Shown here: positions 58,766 to 64,000 of the stretch, in pieces
Layout: every line of letters starts with the position of its first letter
How positions within the stretch are numbered: position 1 is the first letter of the stretch
NCBI RefSeq assembly: GCF_963853765.1
Contig: NC_088857.1
Span: 28,086,001 to 28,150,000 of the forward strand
DNA from: Magallana gigas
Lineage: Eukaryota
Length of the DNA: 64,000 nt
Reading direction: 5' to 3'
Translations under genes and position numbers: made by a program
The notes under the pieces: model-generated
Told to the model about the DNA's origin: nothing
Seen by the model: only the letters and a program-made list of their open reading frames with translations
Databases searched by the model: none

Positions 58766-60971
58766 TCAATAGATACTTTCGCAGAAGGTGAAAATAACAT
58801 GTTGCAAAACATGTCAGACCAACACGTATATGTGTTCATCGTTGCATCTATCCCTTTGCTCATTAGTCAGGATAAATAAAATGAATATTTTAATACGCAT
58901 ATGTGATAGTAGAGTAATATGTCTATGTGTATTTATTCGTTTTGTATTTTCTATTTTTCGTTTTGTTCAATAGAATCTTAAAATTTTATCAGTCAAAGTT
59001 TTACTGCGCAAGTAAATTGAGTTCTTCCTATCTGTAATTTCATTGGCTAATAATATTAACCAATTATTTTGAAGCTAGGTGTATAAATAAGTTACCTATA
59101 TTGAAGCTTAAGTTTGTTTAAGCGTGGTTTATTTCTTAAGAATATTGTTAATTCATATTCATCCATTATCAACTTTTATATTTTACTACAGCTTTGTACG
59201 TAATTATCATGTCTAAAATATTGCAACTGTATCTGCTATCAAGCACTACAAATTGATTACTTATGTAATGGGCAGATGGCCGGGATAAATGCCCCCCTAG
59301 CCATCGGTCCAGTCACGTGACCTCTTATCTCGGATGGTTCTTGGACAGCTACAGCATCAGCTATCCACCACCATCCCCGCCACTCACCTTTATCTTACTT
59401 TGCCATGGTAATGCCAAAAAGAGCCGGCTCAGTCAATTTATTTGCCCTAATATTTCATATTTTTCCCCATTAAGTATTCATTTGCTAATTGCAATATAAT
59501 TACTTGTATCATTTTAATTGCTTGTACAATTCAGTCCGTCTCAGTATTCTCGTACTGACGAAGTTCTACCTCGTAGATCTTCCAACCTTTGTCACATGCC
59601 CTGCAGGGTTCAACAACTATCGTTGTGGCGATGTCACACACATCGGGTAGCTTCTACCACGTGGATGCTTCAACCCAGCAGGTTCTTCTTTCTTAAGTGA
59701 GTGACTGAGCCAGTTTTTACTCCAGTATGTGTTGATAAGCTTGTATATATATTATTTGTAGATTTGTAGATGTATAAAATGTTTCTTTCTCAAACTATAT
59801 CTTTTTATTCTTGAGAAATAAAATTCTAATTAAGTTAGAGCAGTATACCGTTTCAAGAAACCATCCGGTTGATATATGTGGCATCTTATGGTATGTAAAT
59901 TTTATATTAACTTATGTTTTACTTATCGGTGTAAATGCTTAGTCTCTGGTTTTATTTTAATTGCCTTGTCAATACAAAAGTGTATTTTTGTAATTAAAGT
60001 TACAATACTTGGAATGTGTCTGTAAAGTTCAAATGATAGCTTTCTTTACAGTACGCGCTGATTTTTTATGAAACGTATAATGTATTTGTGGTAGCTTATA
60101 GCTAATGTATTTTCTTTCATTTTGTCAGTTTTCTCATATAATGTATTATTTTGTAGGTCAATGATTCTATATTCAAAATATAAATAAAGTCATCAGATAC
60201 ACAGTACACTATCTTCATTTTCCTTGACTGCTCGGTTACACATATATGTAGTTATTAATTACCTCCTAAATCCACGGTGATACATCTTGATTCTGAGGAT
60301 ATCCTGCAAAATATAGAAATTAAATAATTAAACAGTCAATTTGTTTTTTTTTTCCTCACACAAAACAAAGAAACAAACAGAAAAGACCACATTATTCAAG
60401 ACACTGATTATCGTGGTTGATGAGTGATAGCTGAGGAAAACATTGCTTGCATTGAAAAGAGAACATTTAATATCAATAAAGATATATTAAGTATAATCGA
60501 GCAATTGTATGAAAAGCCAAGTGAATAATTTACCAAAATTTTGCAGCAGACCGAAAAATGAAACTTTAAAGAAATAGTTACCGAAGAGTTAAAATCTGTT
60601 TGTAAAGAGAAGGAAATTCAATATTCTTAATTCATGAAAAAAAATAGACAATTTAGGAGGAACGAAAACAACATAATATTTAAACATAATTATATACATG
60701 TATTGAGCTGTAAAAAAAAAACCCAGAAAAAAGTAGACAGGCGGGGAGATTTCAGAAAATTAATGACCGTATTCAAAATAAGAAATAATAAATAGTATCA
60801 TAAATTACTTAACTTTCATTTGTCTCTGCTGAAAAACACATTACATATGTTCCATTGAGATCCTCGGTATTGGAGTCCAATGACATTGTAACCTCATAAT
60901 CATTTGCCCCACCTTGCACGATGTCCGACATTGTAAAATTGAGAGGCGACATAATATGGAATTGTGTTACT
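41053..60971 (-). CDS. Gene 2: paralog of gene 1; N-terminal domain (partial) + 26 EGF + SEA + EGF-like; 5' exons and C-terminus not resolved
   Basis: Exons 60813-60971, 60263-60303, 26 EGF exons (55333-55446 down to 44106-44219), 43573-43682, 43254-43309, 41747-41916, 41246-41351, 41053-41063; phases compatible throughout, except that one donor is TT instead of GT. Confidence 0.8.
41246..41351 (-). CDS. Post-SEA EGF-like cysteine exon
   Basis: Phase 1->2, [34 protein letters not shown]; donor GTAAGA. Confidence 0.75.
41747..43682 (-). CDS. SEA domain exons of gene 2
   Basis: 43573-43682 ([36 protein letters not shown]), 43254-43309 ([19 protein letters not shown]), 41747-41916 ([32 protein letters not shown]...); phases 1->0->2->1; GSLIVDF resembles the SEA GS[V/I]VV motif. 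Confidence 0.8.
44106..55446 (-). CDS. Gene 2 EGF exon array (26 exons)
   Basis: Phase 1-1 exons start at 55333, 55000, 54433, 53996 (111 bp), 52914, 52545, 52243, 51882, 51298, 51068, 50767, 50413, 49823, 49236, 49006, 48705, 48349, 47763, 47184, 46954, 46653, 46300, 45871, 45645, 45115, 44106; 114 bp unless noted, with AG/GT boundaries checked. Confidence 0.92.
46217..46240 (-). pseudogene. Relic 3' end of a type-A EGF exon
   Basis: cttac-agtttgtgcagttcattccatt matches the donor end of gene 1 type-A exons; the rest of the exon is deleted. Confidence 0.7.
47533..47744. mobile_element. TA-flanked MITE, copy 1 of 4
   Basis: TACTGTAAAC...GTTTACAGTA, ~212 bp; further copies at 48120-48330, 49593-49804 and 50184-50394, all at the homologous intron position. 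Confidence 0.85.
51479..51689. mobile_element. TA-flanked MITE, second family
   Basis: TACTGTGGTTT...AAACCACAGTA, 211 bp, internal ttttcgtgg/ccacgaaaa motifs. Confidence 0.85.
53612..53661 (+). repeat. (AG)n microsatellite
   Basis: Uninterrupted AG run of ~25 units. Confidence 0.95.
55600..55676 (-). pseudogene. Degenerate truncated EGF pseudo-exon
   Basis: GCAG|ATATTGATGATCGC..., [26 protein letters not shown]; Cys1 lost, homology ends after ~25 codons, no donor, in-frame TAA follows. Confidence 0.75.
56307..58607 (+). mobile_element. HINE/Helentron-type element carrying a Cg170-like satellite array
   Basis: Same termini as the 20165 element; internal tandem monomers of ~166 bp (gaacccc at 57874, 58040, 58210), more degenerate toward the 5' side; (GACG/GACA)n at ~58510-58557. 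Confidence 0.85.
59264..59883 (+). mobile_element. Possible solo LTR
   Basis: TG...CA ends, 620 bp, AATAAA at 59817, flanks actta/tctta (4 of 5 TSD match); no internal ORFs. Confidence 0.4.
60263..60303 (-). CDS. Gene 2 short exon linking N-terminal domain to EGF array
   Basis: 41 bp, phase 2->1, [13 protein letters not shown]; acceptor TTTTGCAG, donor GTAATT. Confidence 0.8.
60813..60971 (-). CDS. Gene 2 N-terminal domain exon with non-canonical donor
   Basis: [52 protein letters not shown], 159 bp like its gene 1 counterpart; intron begins TTAAGT. Confidence 0.8.
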
Positions 60972-63900
60972 CTGAATAGGATTCAAATACATATTAACAT
61001 AAGAAAGGTTTTGAAGCTACCTCATGACTCATTGACTTTAACTTCTTTTATCAGTATTTGAAATGATGGATATATATTAAAATACAATCTGATTGATACA
61101 TAATTTGTAATGAAATTTCAAACCAAATTTGATAAAACGACACTTCAAGAAAACGTTTATTTATTTAAAAATTTCTGCATGATATCCAGCGGAAATTAAC
61201 ACTTTACAAATTAATATGATACAATGTTTAATGTATCCCACTCCTCAATGTTGTATCAAAAATTTGTTGAGAAGTATATCAATGAAATCTACACACATAA
61301 CATACTTTAAAAATACATAAATAACGGGAGGGGGTCATTATTCATCACTCAGACTTATTGTCCATTGAATTTGAACTTTTAGTACCTAAAATGCAATTTC
61401 AGCCTGTTCAGGATTTGTTGTCAGTATTTTTGATTAAGAAACTTATTTCTTCAAAAATTGTTTTTTTATTATGCTCAGTGGTCACACTGAATAGAGGGAT
61501 TACGAAAAAAAATTGTACGAAGCTGCATAATTTTTTTGGGGACCTTTTTGCACTTCAAATAGACAATATCTTTGATCTTAAATAAAAACTTTTTGAATAA
61601 TCAAGAATTCTATAAGATTAATCCAGTTTGCCGAGATATGTATACAGTATCATTTTAACATAATAAAACATGGGAGTCAGTGATGTCAAATTTTAAATAT
61701 CGGGCTTCAAAGGTTAAATTCTCGCAAAATTTGGCTTAAAAATAACCTTTTTGTTTCTCGAATTCAAATGGATTTTCTTCATGAATGCCTTGTAAGCATG
61801 AACTAATTTTTTTTTCTGGTGATGATAAAAAAAATAAAATAATATTCATTTAGATATAATGATCATCTGCGCAAAAAAGCAAAAGGAGTGAGATACCTCA
61901 TTACATATGTTGAACCATTTATTTTTGTTCTTTTTTCACGGTTATAATGTGTTCGAATTTTTTCTTAATTGCTTTCTTAACATAGCTAGGCTACATGTAT
62001 TCCTTAAACTTGAAATTAAAAGCCAACTGCATGGCTGGATATTTAGAAGAAAATTTAAAGAAAAATCTAAACTGAAATGGATGTTATATACATCTACATT
62101 GCCTTACTTCTTTTTGTTGTCGCTGTTTGGAAAAAAACAACAATTTTTTTTCAAACCATTGAGTGGGTATTCACGGCGTCGTAGCTCTAAATTTTGCTAT
62201 TTAGGGATAAATTTCATATAATATTTTGTCACTGTTTAGAAAAAAAATATATTAATTGGGGAGGGGGTCACCCCCTTCAACTTCCCTGTTTTGTGCATAC
62301 ATAATTTGTTCATATAGACATAGAACACTTAGTCTATTTGTTCATTGTTTACAGATTAATGTATTATAAGGTTTACTACTAATACGTCGTGGTATAAAAA
62401 TAAGTGAAATTTAAAAATAATATGAATATTTGTTTGCATATTTAAAACAATGTTGTAAAATGCAAAGAATCTACACGATAGTTAACTCGCACTACACTTT
62501 CCGCCATGATGTTAATAAACCCGCGTTCCTGGGCACCCCGATCTAAAAACTTCTTTCCATCAAAACTAAAATCGCATCAAACTGTTCCATTTTATTTATT
62601 GCCAGACGTCATGACGTCAGGCATATCTAAGGTTTGAAAGTTGCATTCTCCGAAACAGTGTAAACAATGGGAGTAAGCAATATCATGATATTTCACACAA
62701 AAGATTAACCGATGCATGTTTAAGGTGTCAGCATTTACATTCACAATTGATACAAATTTTATATGGAATGTAATAACAACAGCGATCAAGAATTTCCAAG
62801 TAAAAGGGATGTTCAACATGCAGTGCACGTGTGTAATCCTGATTTAAATTAGATCAGCATTCCACCATATTTGAACGGTAAAGAAGGGGGAGTGGGGTCG
62901 TCGCAACAAATTGTTACATATTGTCTACTACGGTGTAATGTAAGCAATAATTGGTGTTGGATTATCATTATTGCAAGAGCGTCATCAGTTTGGATAAAAA
63001 CAAAAATATATTTATACAGCTGGAATGTTTACTGGAGGAACTAAATCGCCAAAGCGGGCTGTGACCCGAAATTGTTCAGTTGGACGATTTCATTAATCTT
63101 GAAAAGGGGTCATAACTCGCGTGTACGTCTTATGTACATTGCTACATTGAACAATTACTAATCAAATGTGTTTGTTAATTCGATAGATTTCTTCCAAAAC
63201 ATTCGATACAAAGTATAATATTACATGTATGTAGCTGTTACAAAACAAATGTCAAAAAATTCATCTGACCCTCTCCCCATAGATCTCTGCCAATGGACAA
63301 GTTCATTCAAACAATTGGATCAAGATCTCAGCCGTTGTTTGAATGGTAAACAGGTAAAGCAGGACTTCGCGACATATTGTCTCATTCATAGTTTTTGCGC
63401 GCCGATTAGTGGACGAGTCCGTTGGGATCATGGGAATACACCAGAGCACACCGTTTGTTTACATCACAGGCACGTAGCACCAGGGGTTGGGGTGAGGCTA
63501 CTTCCCCCTCCCAACTTTTTTTGGAGCAGACACTTTTCTTAAATTTATATATCATGGATTTGCCCCCCCCCCTCCACTTTTGTAGGAGCATGTAATAAAT
63601 GAAACTGCAAATAAGGAATTCTAATTGAATTGGAGTTACCGTTAGAGTTTTTTATTTCATGAATTTGAGAATTCACCCTTTTTAAATTGCTTGTCAAGAT
63701 GATTTTGATGAAGCTGCCCCACACACATTAAAAATATAGGTGTTTATATACTCTTTCATATTTCATATGGTTGGACATTTTCAAAAAATGCCTTTCAGTT
63801 GATTTTGCATCTTAATATAACAAATACAATTTTTAAAAAAATGACTATTTAATCTCCAGCTTTCAAGCTTACATGCACTTAATTATATGATATGTGTACA

Positions 63901-64000
63901 ATCCTAAAAAAAAAATTGAATTCATAAAAGAATTGAATTTCAAGTGATATATCTATGTACATGTTCTAGATCGCAGAAAAGACTGACGTTTCGTCTTAAA

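Noticed and set aside
62592-62828. ORF with a hydrophobic start as the first exon of gene 2
   Set aside because: Weak resemblance only (HRL, LxCxxxC); no SHFRGG motif, no suitable donor before stops, and the intervening conserved exons were not found between it and 60971.

Overview
AT-rich eukaryotic (animal) DNA, most likely Pacific oyster (Crassostrea/Magallana gigas or a close relative), inferred from Cg170-like 166-bp satellite arrays inside HINE/Helentron-type elements. The window holds two tandem, minus-strand, multi-exon paralogous genes for extracellular proteins. Gene 1 (ATG 29937, runs off the left edge): signal peptide, an N-terminal domain with SHFRGG..W / RSDTG.N.SP / DxDGD.IRCR / VALQIEDF motifs, an EPN/WND C-type lectin domain, then at least 37 EGF exons. 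Of these, 36 lie in a 12-copy, ~1074-bp, three-exon tandem repeat that shows a 6447-bp higher-order period. Gene 2 (5' end not found, probably beyond 64000; last recognisable exon ~41053): the same N-terminal domain, no lectin, 26 EGF exons (partly a ~2.06-kb five-exon repeat), a SEA domain with a GSLIV motif and one further EGF-like module. Between the genes sits a 5.6-kb Ngaro-type tyrosine-recombinase retrotransposon (split direct repeats A1-ORFs-B1-A2-B2; gag, RT/RNase H, YR, SGNH hydrolase). Introns carry MITEs, a CACTA-like element with LINE cargo, HINEs, a SINE and microsatellites. No rRNA, tRNA genes or CRISPR arrays were seen. All exon models were read by hand from splice signals and phase; no database search was run.
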